A model generated the notes under the pieces. It ran no database searches. It saw only the letters and a list, made by a program, of their open reading frames with translations, and was not told where the DNA came from. The position numbers were made by a program, and so were the translations under genes. From assembly GCA_026196875.1 (NCBI GenBank), contig JAPHTP010000043.1, positions 12,660 through 76,659 of the forward strand: a stretch of 64,000 bases of DNA, written 5' to 3'. The DNA is from Kangiellaceae bacterium. GTDB lineage: Bacteria > Pseudomonadota > Gammaproteobacteria > Enterobacterales > Kangiellaceae. Shown here one piece after another: positions 9,776 to 19,482 of this stretch (positions are counted from its first letter, which is position 1; every line of letters begins with the position of its first letter).

Positions 9776-12168
9776 GACCTATCATGAGTGAACCATTCAG
9801 TATCGATTACGTTAACAATCGTATTGATTTAAATTGCCCAAATGCTATTCCCAAGGCGAGTAGTTATCTATGGAATCCTAAAATGCTTCTACAGATAAAT
9901 TGCCGAGGCTACATCAACTCACAATATTTGCAGCCTGAGCCCAGCAAGTATTCTTTCTCACCTGTTTTAGAACAACAAACTTTTATGCAGCCAGAGAACG
10001 AATATTATTCTGATCATCCCGGCCGTTTTATTTACATAAAAGATGAAGATACCGGAGAATTTTTTTCGGCGCCGTATGAGCCAACTAAAATTGAACTCGA
10101 TAGCTTTGTTTGCTCGATGGGAAAGAGTGACATTCGCTGGACGGTAACTAAGCTAGACTTAAAGATTATTTTTCAATTAACTTTATCTAAGCAAGAGATC
10201 TTAGAAATATGGTCTTTTCAAGTAATAAACCAATCGAAAAGAAGGAGAAGAATTAGCATTTATCCATGCTTCACCATTGGCTATATGTCTTGGATGAATC
10301 AATCTGCAACCTACCTACCGTCAAGTAATACGTTGTTGGCCAAAAGCATCGCACCTTATCAGAAAGTCGAAGATTATCATAAGACAAAAAAACTTAAGTC
10401 AACGACCTTTTTAATATCTGAAAAGTCACCTGACAATTTTTGTGCGGTAAAAGAAAGCTTTATTGGTTGTGGGGACCTTCGAACGCCGGAGTCAATTACT
10501 CAAACAATGCTTTGCAATAGTGAAGCAAATTTTCAAGTGCCGATTGCTTGCATGCAATATCGAGTAGCGCTGGATCCCAACCAGGAATATGAAAACAATC
10601 TATTGTTTGGACCAGCCCAAGATGAACAGGAAGTTGAAAGTATTCGCTTGAGACACTTTGATGTTGAAAATAAAGTCAGTATTGAACGCGTAAGATCGGA
10701 ATTTAAAAGTTATATGGGGCAAATAAAAGGCTGTGTTGAAATTGAGTCGCCTGATAAGGAATTTGATCAACTTGTTAATCACTGGCTACCACGACAGGTT
10801 TATTATCATGGCGAGCTCAATCGTCTAACGAGTGATCCGCAAACTCGTAATTTTCTGCAAGACAATATGGGGATGAGCTACTTCAAACCTGAAGTGACCA
10901 GGAGGGCTCTTTTACATGCGATGTCTCAACAACATTTTTCCGGTGAGATGCCAGACGGAATTCTGATGCATTCGGATGCGGAGTTAAAATACATTAATCA
11001 AATACCGCACACTGATCATTGCATCTGGTTACCAATAGTTATGCAGGCTTATCTGGCAGAGTCCAATGACCAGACTATTCTGGAAGAGGAAGTTGGATAT
11101 ATTGATAACGAAGCTGAGGAGTCGGTATACCTGCATATCAATAAAGCGATGGACTGGCTGATTAATGCTAGAGATGAAAATGGTTTGAGTTTAATCGGTC
11201 AAGGTGATTGGTGCGATCCGATGAATATGGTTGGGGTGAAAGGCAAAGGGGTCTCTAGTTGGTTGTCGCTAGCGACCTCTTTTGCTTTATCTGAGTGGAG
11301 CCAGATTTGTCAAACTCAGGGAAACGATTCAGATGCTAATAAATTTAATAGCGTTGCCAACGCTATTAACAACTCGGTAAATAAGCACTTATGGGATGGA
11401 CAATGGTACGCGCGTGGAATTACCGATGAAGGCATTGCTTTTGGTACAAGTAAAGATCCGGAAGGCAGTATATATTTGAATCCGCAAAGCTGGGCGTTAC
11501 TTGCTAATACTGCCAGCAAATCGCAGAAAGCTAGTATTCTTGAGCAGATTGAAAAGCAACTAAAAACGCCATTTGGTAATATGATGTTGGCGCCGAGTTA
11601 TACCAAGATGCGGGAAGATATCGGTAGGTTGACTCAAAAACATCCAGGGGTATCGGAAAATGGCTCTGTCTATAATCACGCGGCGATTTTCTACGCGTAT
11701 GCGCTTTATTCCATTGATGAAAATGATCGCGCATTCGAAATACTGGCAGATATGTTCCCTAAATCGTCAGATGAAAATTGCCGTGGACAAGTACCAACTT
11801 TTATTCCTAATTATTATCGCGGCGCGTATTATCAGATCCCGTTAACGGCAGGGCGATCGAGCCAACTGCTTCATACCGGAACTGTCGCTTGGTACTACCG
11901 CTGTTTGGTAGAAGAGTTATGCGGATTAAAGGGCCAGTCTGGCTCATTAGTTATCAAACCAAAACTTCCTTCAACCTGGGACTGGCTAAAGGTAAAACGG
12001 CAGTATCTAGGTGCGACCTTTGATGTGTCTATTAAGAAAGTCGTTGATAACGGTTGTACTTCAATCAAAGTGGACGGTGTGTTAAATCCTGAAGGTAAGA
12101 TAAAAGCTGTAAAAAAGGGCCAGCATTACTCGATAGAAATTGCCATAGCTGCGACTGAGGAAAAGTAG
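9772..12168 (+). CDS. Putative GH94-like glycoside phosphorylase (cellobiose/cellobionic-acid phosphorylase-like, (α/α)6 barrel)
   Basis: 798 aa cytoplasmic. N-terminal …P.ASSYLWN… and central GQGDWCDPMNMVG resemble GH94 enzymes as recalled. Family assignment tentative. GTG at 9772 or ATG at 9784 are possible starts. Overlaps the upstream stop. Confidence 0.45.
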   Translation: MRPIMSEPFSIDYVNNRIDLNCPNAIPKASSYLWNPKMLLQINCRGYINSQYLQPEPSKYSFSPVLEQQTFMQPENEYYSDHPGRFIYIKDEDTGEFFSAPYEPTKIELDSFVCSMGKSDIRWTVTKLDLKIIFQLTLSKQEILEIWSFQVINQSKRRRRISIYPCFTIGYMSWMNQSATYLPSSNTLLAKSIAPYQKVEDYHKTKKLKSTTFLISEKSPDNFCAVKESFIGCGDLRTPESITQTMLCNSEANFQVPIACMQYRVALDPNQEYENNLLFGPAQDEQEVESIRLRHFDVENKVSIERVRSEFKSYMGQIKGCVEIESPDKEFDQLVNHWLPRQVYYHGELNRLTSDPQTRNFLQDNMGMSYFKPEVTRRALLHAMSQQHFSGEMPDGILMHSDAELKYINQIPHTDHCIWLPIVMQAYLAESNDQTILEEEVGYIDNEAEESVYLHINKAMDWLINARDENGLSLIGQGDWCDPMNMVGVKGKGVSSWLSLATSFALSEWSQICQTQGNDSDANKFNSVANAINNSVNKHLWDGQWYARGITDEGIAFGTSKDPEGSIYLNPQSWALLANTASKSQKASILEQIEKQLKTPFGNMMLAPSYTKMREDIGRLTQKHPGVSENGSVYNHAAIFYAYALYSIDENDRAFEILADMFPKSSDENCRGQVPTFIPNYYRGAYYQIPLTAGRSSQLLHTGTVAWYYRCLVEELCGLKGQSGSLVIKPKLPSTWDWLKVKRQYLGATFDVSIKKVVDNGCTSIKVDGVLNPEGKIKAVKKGQHYSIEIAIAATEEK

Positions 12169-12169
12169 T

Positions 12170-12760
12170 TTGTCTTTGAAAAGCGATCCTAAAGTGACGA
12201 ATGCCAAGCTCGGAAAACTTATCGTTGTAATGGGCGTTAGCGGTAGTGGAAAAACGACGATTGCTCGTTTATTGTGTAAGCAGATTAATGCTAGATTCCT
12301 AGATGCGGATGACTTTCACTCAGATGGAGCTAAAGCGAAGATGGCTAAGGGTGACGCGCTGAATGATAATGACCGGAAGCCTTGGATAACTGCAATTAAG
12401 AACTATATCGAAAGTAGGCAAGATATTGGTCAGCCGCAAGTCCTGGCTTTTTCGGGTTTGAAAAAAAGTTATCGAGATGAGCTGCGAGACCCTAGGTTAG
12501 AAGTTTGTTTTATCTTCCTGGAAGCGGCTTATTCAATCATCCAAGAACGACTACGCAAAAGAAAAGCACATTTTTTTAATCCTAAGCTCCTGACCAGCCA
12601 ATTTGAAATACTTGAACGACCTATTAGTGAGTACGATGTTTTAGTAGTTGACGCTTCGAGCACTATTGAAAATACTTTGGTAGCAGTGAATCGCCTAACC
12701 GACAAATATTTAGAAGGTAAAAAAGATCTCTGGAGAATTGACGATGAAGTCTGCAAATAA
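12170..12760 (+). CDS. gntK: Gluconokinase (thermoresistant GntK type)
   Basis: VMGVSGSGKTT P-loop. FLDADDFHS…KMAKGDALNDNDRKPW and …KAHFFNPKLLTSQFEILE… align closely with remembered E. coli GntK. TTG start. Confidence 0.8.
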   Translation: MSLKSDPKVTNAKLGKLIVVMGVSGSGKTTIARLLCKQINARFLDADDFHSDGAKAKMAKGDALNDNDRKPWITAIKNYIESRQDIGQPQVLAFSGLKKSYRDELRDPRLEVCFIFLEAAYSIIQERLRKRKAHFFNPKLLTSQFEILERPISEYDVLVVDASSTIENTLVAVNRLTDKYLEGKKDLWRIDDEVCK

Positions 12761-13502
12761 ATTATACTTGGCTTCCTTAATACTGCTTTTACTTTCCACT
12801 AGCCTTTCTGCGATAGAAGCCAGTGAAGTTAAAGAAAGTATAATAATTGATGCGAACCTCAACGAGGTATTCTGGCAAAAACAGAGATGGTATTTAATCG
12901 ATAAACCAATTATCGGCGAGTTACCTTCATCCAGCGATTTTAGCGGTCGGTATAAAATAGGTTGGGATACACAACACATTTATATTGTGGCAGAAATAAT
13001 CGACGATGTACTATTTGACTTTAACCCCAATCCTTTAGAGAAATATTGGGACGACGATTGTTTAGAAATTTTTATCGACGAAGATGCTTCGGGGGGCGAT
13101 CACTTACATAACTTTAACGCTTTTGCTTATCATGTAGCGCTTGATAACCAAGTTGTCGATATTGGCGCCAAAAAAAGTGATGGTAGCACCAATGTCGTGT
13201 TACTTAATGAGCACATTGAGAGTCGTTGGAAACGCAGTGTTGAAGATTATCGAAAAATTATCTGGGAGTTAGCGGTTAAAGTTTATGACGATAATTTCTC
13301 GCTCAAACCAGATTCAAATCATAAACCTCAAAAACTATTCTCAGGTAAAAAGATGGGATTTATGCTGGCCTATTGTGACAATGATGGAAGCGCTCAAAGA
13401 GAACACTTTGTTGGTTCACATTCTATTACACCAAAAAATGGAGATAAGAATCTGGGATATAAAGATGCTAGCGTGTTTGGAAAATTGATCCTGCGAGATT
13501 GA
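12738..13502 (+). CDS. Secreted protein, possible carbohydrate-binding (CBM9/DOMON-like) fold
   Basis: Signal peptide (LLLLSTSLSAIEA). Aromatic and Asp-rich β-type sequence. Fold assignment weak. Confidence 0.3.
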   Translation: MTMKSANKLYLASLILLLLSTSLSAIEASEVKESIIIDANLNEVFWQKQRWYLIDKPIIGELPSSSDFSGRYKIGWDTQHIYIVAEIIDDVLFDFNPNPLEKYWDDDCLEIFIDEDASGGDHLHNFNAFAYHVALDNQVVDIGAKKSDGSTNVVLLNEHIESRWKRSVEDYRKIIWELAVKVYDDNFSLKPDSNHKPQKLFSGKKMGFMLAYCDNDGSAQREHFVGSHSITPKNGDKNLGYKDASVFGKLILRD

Positions 13503-13564
13503 AATTATCGAAAACTGCGGTAACGGTATACCCTTCTATACAATCGTTTTTTGTAGAAGCACCG

Positions 13565-15124
13565 TCAAACCTTTTGCATGCCATACTGATATATCTTATC
13601 AATGAGTTCTCTGTTGGTCGGCAATGCTGAGATCAACTTATTCGTCATTACTCTATTTTCTTCAAAATAGCGGTGCGCCACAGAATCATCTACGAAGCGA
13701 CTTGTTGTTTCGCGTGGTTGCGTTTTAAATCCCATTCCGTAAAGAATATATTGCCAGCTGGCTGAGGGAAAAACTTCGTTAATGTGCGAAAAGTCATGAC
13801 TATTGGGCGGTTGGTATTTCCAAAGCGCCAATAGTTGCTGTAAGTTTTCAGGAATAGTTTCCGTTTTGCGGTTATCAATCCAGTAGTCTGAATCCTCCCT
13901 TTGACTAAGTATGTAGTGGAGCTTTAGAAAATCAATTATGCGGTCCCATCGATATAAAAATAGATCATTGTATCGTTTAGAAGTAATTTTCATTACGGCT
14001 CTATTGGCCGGTAATTCTTGGCTAATTTTCGCAGCAGCAAGTTCAATTAGTACTAAAGCGGAGGCTTCCAGGGGCTCTAAAAAACCAGCTGACATACCGA
14101 CAGCAACACAGTTTTTATGCCAAAATTTTTCTCGATGACCCGGCTTAAAAGCTATTTTCCTTAGCTCCAGTTTGTCAATGGCCGATTTGCCAATCGATGG
14201 TTCCAGATAGGCGCGCAATTCCTTATCTGCATCTTCATCAGAAATATAGTCGCCCGCAAACGCATAGCCAACACCGCGTCGGGTGGGTAGTCCGATGTCC
14301 CAAATCCAGCCGGCCGACTGGGCGGTTGAAACTGTATGGGAAGTTATCGGTGAGTCTTTTTCAGGATAAGGAACCTGAACGGCTAGTGCGCTATCATTAA
14401 AAAGTATCGACTTCTTTTCAACAAACGGAATTTGATAGTGTTTACCGAGCAATAGCGATTTTAGACCTGTGCAGTCGATAAAAAGATCGCCAGTTAGTAG
14501 ACCGTTATTTCTTGTAGATAAAGATTCAATATAGTCTTCGTCATCGGTATTTATTGACTCGACGTGATCGACAACTAGTTCTACACCAAGATTCCGGGTG
14601 CAATGTTCTTTTAGAAACTCACCCAACTTAGGTGCATTTAAATGGTAAGCATAGTTGGCAACACCGGCATACTCAGGTGTAGTAATTTGTTTAGGAGCCA
14701 GTCCGCGTTCGCAGAGGTGCCCTTGGTAACACACGGTGTCGCCAAAGGAAATTTTGTCGCTATGAGGTTGCCACGGATAAACGAGGTCCGTCTTGGTGTA
14801 TCCTTTTGGAATAACCAAAGGATGGTAATAAAAGTCATCCGGCTTTCCAGTTACCCATTGCGCAAATTTTGCACCTTGTTTAAACGAAGCTTCGCAATGC
14901 TTGAAGAAATCGGTTTCTGAAACGCCAATTTTATCCAGCGTCTCCCTCATTGTTGGCCATGTCCCCTCTCCAACGCCGATTGGTTTAACATCTGGTGATT
15001 CGATCAATGTGACTTTTAAACCATCGGAAGTGTTTGATTTATGTTCAGCGGCAATTACACCGGCGGTCAGCCAACCGGCAGAGCCACCACCGACAATAAC
15101 TACTTTCTTAACTGATTTATTCAT
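13565..15124 (-). CDS. FAD-dependent tryptophan-halogenase-family protein (second copy)
   Basis: VVIVGGGSAGWLTAGV and GWIWDIGLP (WxWxI-G variant). Confidence 0.8.
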   Translation of the reverse strand: MNKSVKKVVIVGGGSAGWLTAGVIAAEHKSNTSDGLKVTLIESPDVKPIGVGEGTWPTMRETLDKIGVSETDFFKHCEASFKQGAKFAQWVTGKPDDFYYHPLVIPKGYTKTDLVYPWQPHSDKISFGDTVCYQGHLCERGLAPKQITTPEYAGVANYAYHLNAPKLGEFLKEHCTRNLGVELVVDHVESINTDDEDYIESLSTRNNGLLTGDLFIDCTGLKSLLLGKHYQIPFVEKKSILFNDSALAVQVPYPEKDSPITSHTVSTAQSAGWIWDIGLPTRRGVGYAFAGDYISDEDADKELRAYLEPSIGKSAIDKLELRKIAFKPGHREKFWHKNCVAVGMSAGFLEPLEASALVLIELAAAKISQELPANRAVMKITSKRYNDLFLYRWDRIIDFLKLHYILSQREDSDYWIDNRKTETIPENLQQLLALWKYQPPNSHDFSHINEVFPSASWQYILYGMGFKTQPRETTSRFVDDSVAHRYFEENRVMTNKLISALPTNRELIDKIYQYGMQKV

Positions 15125-15204
15125 ATGACTTATCTCAAACTTGGTCTGGAACGTAACGTTGGTGTTATTTCTAATGCTCTATTTTTGTAGCGCTATTTCC
15201 ATTG

Positions 15205-17814
15205 TTAGTCCTTTGCGCATCTAATACTTGCATCTTTATTGGCATAAGGAACAATTTTGACGTCACTAATAATCAGCGCAAATTTTCCTTTCGTTTCTAT
15301 CATAAATGGAGAAACAATTTTGTCCATAGTAGCGCCTTTATTGGCAAAACAGGAGACTCCTATGCTCAATCTTTGCCAGCGGTTTAGAGGCGCTGATCCA
15401 AACACGTGAGATATATCCATCGCAGGTTCGCATTCTTGCTCGCAACGCATAGTGAAATAGACTGGTTTAGTTGGTGGTGTACTGACTTGAAAATCAAAGC
15501 TTATCGCAGCGTCAGCTTCAAAGTAACCCCGCAAATCGTAAGGGAAGTTATCGTTTATATCAAAAGCTGTATTTGCTTTGCCTTGAAACTCAATCTTTCT
15601 GGCATCTTCCTGGACTCGCCTGTCAGCGGTCTGATAAGTGATATATTGATTCGCAAAATGACTTGAATATATTAGCTTCCGTTGTTGATTAAATTCAACA
15701 GACGCTCGCCACGGAAACTTAAACAGGTCAATATTATTGAGTGCTTTGTCTTGGAGTTGATTGGTTTCGTCTAAAGGATATTTAATCGCATTGGTGTCTC
15801 CATATTTCATTCCAAATCCTAATGAAAATAAGGGCTTATCATCGGGGTCATTAATACTCGCATTCTGAGTCGAAGTTGCTGGCCATGAAAAAGGTAAAGT
15901 CCCTTTGAAGTCGTGGTGAGTTGTACCGTCTTTTTCTGCAAAAATAACCTCAGCTACTCCCTGTCCTTCGGTGCCTGGTAACCATGCAACAACGAATGCA
16001 TCTGATGCATTGAGCTCTGCGTTAATCCACAGCGGTCGGCCACTAATAAAGATAGAAACTATTGGGATATTTTGTGCCTTTAATCTTGTTAGGAGTTTTA
16101 AGGCAGTTTTATTCCCTCGTTGAAACTCAAGATTATCAAGGTCGCCATTACCTTCAGCGTAGGGATCTTCTCCAAATACCACTATAGCGATGTCGGGTCT
16201 CTGACTAAAACTTCCATCAGGTGCAAGTTCGACGCTCCCCCCCGCTTTTTCTACTTGGGATTTTATTCCCTGAAATATCGAGGTGGCGCCTGGAAAATCT
16301 TGGTTTAGATTACCGGTTCCCTGCCAAGTGATGCTCCAACCGCCGCTTTGTTTTCCGATATTATCGGCGCCGTCTCCGGCTACCAGAATTTTTTGTGTTG
16401 GCGAAAGGGGCAAAAGTCCCTGGGTGTTCTTCAGTAGAATCAAAGACTCTCTCACCGCTTGTCGCGCGATCTCACGGTGCGAGTGGTGTCCAATCCATTC
16501 GGTTTTGGCTGATAGAGGCCGTTCTGCGGGACTCGCCTTATCAAATAATCCGGCGCGTAGTTTCACTCTTAAGATACGACTTACCGCGTCATTGATACGC
16601 TCAATTGGGATCTCTCCTCGCTTAACCTGTTCAATGGTATTTTCTAAAAGCGGTTTCCAGGCATCGGTTGGCACCATATAAATATCCAATCCAGCGTTGA
16701 CGGCTTGCGGGCAACTTTGGTTGCTACAGTTTTTGACCTGACCATGACCGTTCCAATCGCCAACGACTAATCCATCGAATCCCATTTTGTTCTTGAGTAC
16801 TTCCGTTAAGAGGTAATGACTACCGTGACTTTTCTTACCATTCCAACTGTTAAATGAGGCCATCACTGTCTGCGCGCCGGCTTGCAATCCACCGACATAA
16901 CCCTGTGCATGGAATTTAAACAATTCGACTTCAGTGATTTCAGTATTGCCTTGGTCATCGCCTTTGGTTGTGCCGCCATCACCGATAAAGTGTTTTACTG
17001 TTGCAATCACACTTTCGGGGCCAAATAGGTCTTCGTTAGCTACCCCTTGCAGGCCTTTAACAATTGCGCTCGAATATTGACGAACTACTTCAGGATCTTC
17101 CGAATAGCTTTCATAGGTTCTGCCCCAACGATCATCCTGAGCTACGGCAACCGTTGGTGCAAATACCCAATCGATTCCTGTGACCATGACTTCCTTAGCT
17201 GTTGCTTGAGCGATACGTTTGATCAGATTAGGGTTTCTGGTTGCGCCCAACCCTATATTGTGTGGAAATAAAGTAGCACCGATTACATTGTTATGGCCGT
17301 GAACCGCGTCAGTACCCCACATGGTTGGAATAGTCGAACCATCGAGGGAGTCGTCAATAGATGCCTGGTACATCGATTCCGCTAGGGCAATCCAGTTAGC
17401 CGGTGTTGAGTGTTTGTTCTTGTTAGGGAAGGAGCCTCCGCCGTTTAGGTAAGAGCCGAATCCATAACGACGCATATCCTCAACGGTAAAGTCACCAATT
17501 TCCGGTTGGATCATTTGGGCAACTTTTTGTTCTAAAGTCATTTGCGTAAGTATTTCATTGATCCGCAATTCGACTTCGTCTGCTTTTGTCACATCAGATC
17601 TGATCAATGGCCAAAGTTCTGATGAGGAGTCAGTTGATTGGGAAGAAGCTTGATTATCTTCGAGAGATAAATCCCCTCCTGCAACCTCAGATGTTGTTCC
17701 ATGCGGATCGCTACAAGACGCTAATGCCCCTGCTATTACAAAAATTACTGCGAAAATGCCAGCTGATTTGAGTGATTCTGCAGATGGCGCAGTTTTTATT
17801 CTTTTTTGATTCAT
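15205..17814 (-). CDS. GH3 β-glucosidase / exo-1,3/1,4-β-glucanase, lipoprotein
   Basis: 869 aa. Lipobox LASC. GH3 catalytic region GFDGLVVGDWNG plus a C-terminal extra domain. Confidence 0.85.
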   Translation of the reverse strand: MNQKRIKTAPSAESLKSAGIFAVIFVIAGALASCSDPHGTTSEVAGGDLSLEDNQASSQSTDSSSELWPLIRSDVTKADEVELRINEILTQMTLEQKVAQMIQPEIGDFTVEDMRRYGFGSYLNGGGSFPNKNKHSTPANWIALAESMYQASIDDSLDGSTIPTMWGTDAVHGHNNVIGATLFPHNIGLGATRNPNLIKRIAQATAKEVMVTGIDWVFAPTVAVAQDDRWGRTYESYSEDPEVVRQYSSAIVKGLQGVANEDLFGPESVIATVKHFIGDGGTTKGDDQGNTEITEVELFKFHAQGYVGGLQAGAQTVMASFNSWNGKKSHGSHYLLTEVLKNKMGFDGLVVGDWNGHGQVKNCSNQSCPQAVNAGLDIYMVPTDAWKPLLENTIEQVKRGEIPIERINDAVSRILRVKLRAGLFDKASPAERPLSAKTEWIGHHSHREIARQAVRESLILLKNTQGLLPLSPTQKILVAGDGADNIGKQSGGWSITWQGTGNLNQDFPGATSIFQGIKSQVEKAGGSVELAPDGSFSQRPDIAIVVFGEDPYAEGNGDLDNLEFQRGNKTALKLLTRLKAQNIPIVSIFISGRPLWINAELNASDAFVVAWLPGTEGQGVAEVIFAEKDGTTHHDFKGTLPFSWPATSTQNASINDPDDKPLFSLGFGMKYGDTNAIKYPLDETNQLQDKALNNIDLFKFPWRASVEFNQQRKLIYSSHFANQYITYQTADRRVQEDARKIEFQGKANTAFDINDNFPYDLRGYFEADAAISFDFQVSTPPTKPVYFTMRCEQECEPAMDISHVFGSAPLNRWQRLSIGVSCFANKGATMDKIVSPFMIETKGKFALIISDVKIVPYANKDASIRCAKD

Positions 17815-19094
17815 ACATTACCCTGATTTGTGTCGGCTGAAACTTGATAGCCCTTAAATCCATAAAAAGCGATATAGAAATAACATAAAACCGGAATGAT
17901 AAAAGCGAGTTGTATCCCGATAAGATCTGCCGCTACACCTTGAAGTAAAGGTAAGATAGCGCCGCCGACAATTGCCAGGCATAAGACCCCCGCCCCTTTA
18001 CTAGTTAATGGTCCTAGCTTTTTTATTGCCAACGTAAAAATGGTAGGGAACATTATGGAGTTACATAAACCGACTAGCACGATTGCCCACATGGCGATGT
18101 GACCCTTAGCGAGAATGCCAATTAACAACAACGTGATTGCCATCAAGGCGTTAAAAGTTAAAACCTTGTTGGCTGCGATATGATGCATAATTACGGCCCC
18201 AATAAAACGACCAATCATTGCGCCGCCAAAATAATAGCCAATATATTTTGATGCTTCGGACTCGTGCATAGCGCCAATAGACGGCATTGAAAGAAAGCTG
18301 ACTAAGAAGCTCCCAATGCCGACTTCAGCACCTACATACACAAATATCCCTACTGCACCAAGAAAAAGGTGCTTATGTTGCAGTACCGACTTGGTTGATC
18401 CGGTATTTTGCTGGTCCTGGTGTTCTTCGACGGCGGGGAGTCTTAAAAAAGCGAACACCAGGGCCAACAAAAATAGCGCCACAGCAAGGGACAAATAAGG
18501 GATCTGTACAGCCCGATTAATTTCATTAGTTGTCGATTCTGATGCGCTAACCAACGCGAGCCCCGCGAGAATAATTGGTCCGATCCAAATGGGAGCAACA
18601 GTAGTTCCAAGCGAGTTAAAAGCCTGGGTTAAGGTTAATCGTGATGAAGATTTCTCTGGCGTACCAAGAATGCTGACATAAGGATTGGCAGAAACTTGCA
18701 AAATAGTGATCCCGGAAGCAAGCACAAAAAGTGCTGCAAGAAAAAGGGCGTAGATTCTAAATTCTGCGGCGGGATAGAAAAGTAAGCAACCACTTCCAGC
18801 GACGAGTAGTCCCGTCAATATTCCATTTTTATAGCCTACTTTTGAAACCAAAGTTCCGGCGGGAATTGAAACGACAAAATAGGCGCCGAAAAAACAAAAC
18901 TGAATTAGCATCGCTTGGGTGTAATTCAGTTGGAACATATCTTTCAGATAAGGGATCAAAATATCATTCAGTGAAGTTAAAAATCCCCACATAAAAAAAA
19001 GTGAAGTCAAGGAGACGAGCGCAAATCGAAAGCTTGATTTTGGCGGATCAATTTCAAAATTTGTTGAACTGGGTATTGCCGTTGGTCCTGCCAT
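17811..19094 (-). CDS. MFS sugar transporter, FHS (glucose/galactose GluP, fucose permease) family
   Basis: 427 aa, 12 TM. N-terminal FALVSLTSLFFMWGFLTSLNDILIPYLK typical of GluP/FucP. Start overlaps the GH3 stop. Confidence 0.8.
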   Translation of the reverse strand: MAGPTAIPSSTNFEIDPPKSSFRFALVSLTSLFFMWGFLTSLNDILIPYLKDMFQLNYTQAMLIQFCFFGAYFVVSIPAGTLVSKVGYKNGILTGLLVAGSGCLLFYPAAEFRIYALFLAALFVLASGITILQVSANPYVSILGTPEKSSSRLTLTQAFNSLGTTVAPIWIGPIILAGLALVSASESTTNEINRAVQIPYLSLAVALFLLALVFAFLRLPAVEEHQDQQNTGSTKSVLQHKHLFLGAVGIFVYVGAEVGIGSFLVSFLSMPSIGAMHESEASKYIGYYFGGAMIGRFIGAVIMHHIAANKVLTFNALMAITLLLIGILAKGHIAMWAIVLVGLCNSIMFPTIFTLAIKKLGPLTSKGAGVLCLAIVGGAILPLLQGVAADLIGIQLAFIIPVLCYFYIAFYGFKGYQVSADTNQGNV

Positions 19095-19236
19095 ATTTTA
19101 TTTTCCTTATTCGCACCTATGATTTAAGCGGTAATATTTTTAAGCCTGAGTCTTACCAAGAGAGTTGGTCTCCGAGCAGTTCAGAACTGCCTCGAAATTA
19201 ATCAGTTGACCTTTTTCAAAGAAACCTCTAATCTAA

Positions 19237-19250
19237 TGTAAGCGCTTTCA
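19237..19250. promoter_or_regulatory. Operator copy TGTAAGCGCTTTCA in the divergent MFS / GH1 intergenic region
   Basis: Reverse complement equals the 2874 site. Confidence 0.45.
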
Positions 19251-19295
19251 TTTATACCACACTCATCCCGAATAGCAATTGTTTTAAGAAAAAAA

Positions 19296-19309
19296 GAAAG
19301 CGCTTACAT
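19296..19309. promoter_or_regulatory. Operator copy AGAAAGCGCTTACA, 59 bp from the previous site
   Basis: Reverse complement equals the 8351 site. Confidence 0.45.
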
Positions 19310-19482
19310 TAGCTGTAATGCAGACTCGGCGTTTTGGATGAGGGGTATAAAGGAGCGGTTTGCGCTTGACTGGGGGAATAGGATGCACGGTCAATTCGCA
19401 GATAAGTATATATAAAACAAAAAGTTACCCTCAGTCCGGACTATTTTTTGTTGATTGATTGGAAACTCAAAAACGAATTAGT

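Noticed and set aside
13503-13564. Hairpin CTTCTA…TAGAAG between convergent genes
   Set aside because: Short stem with a 16-nt loop. Not convincing as a terminator.
19431-19448. AGTCCGGACT palindrome plus T-run as a terminator
   Set aside because: The 5-bp stem with no loop is too weak. It lies in a divergent promoter region, so it is more likely a chance palindrome or protein site.
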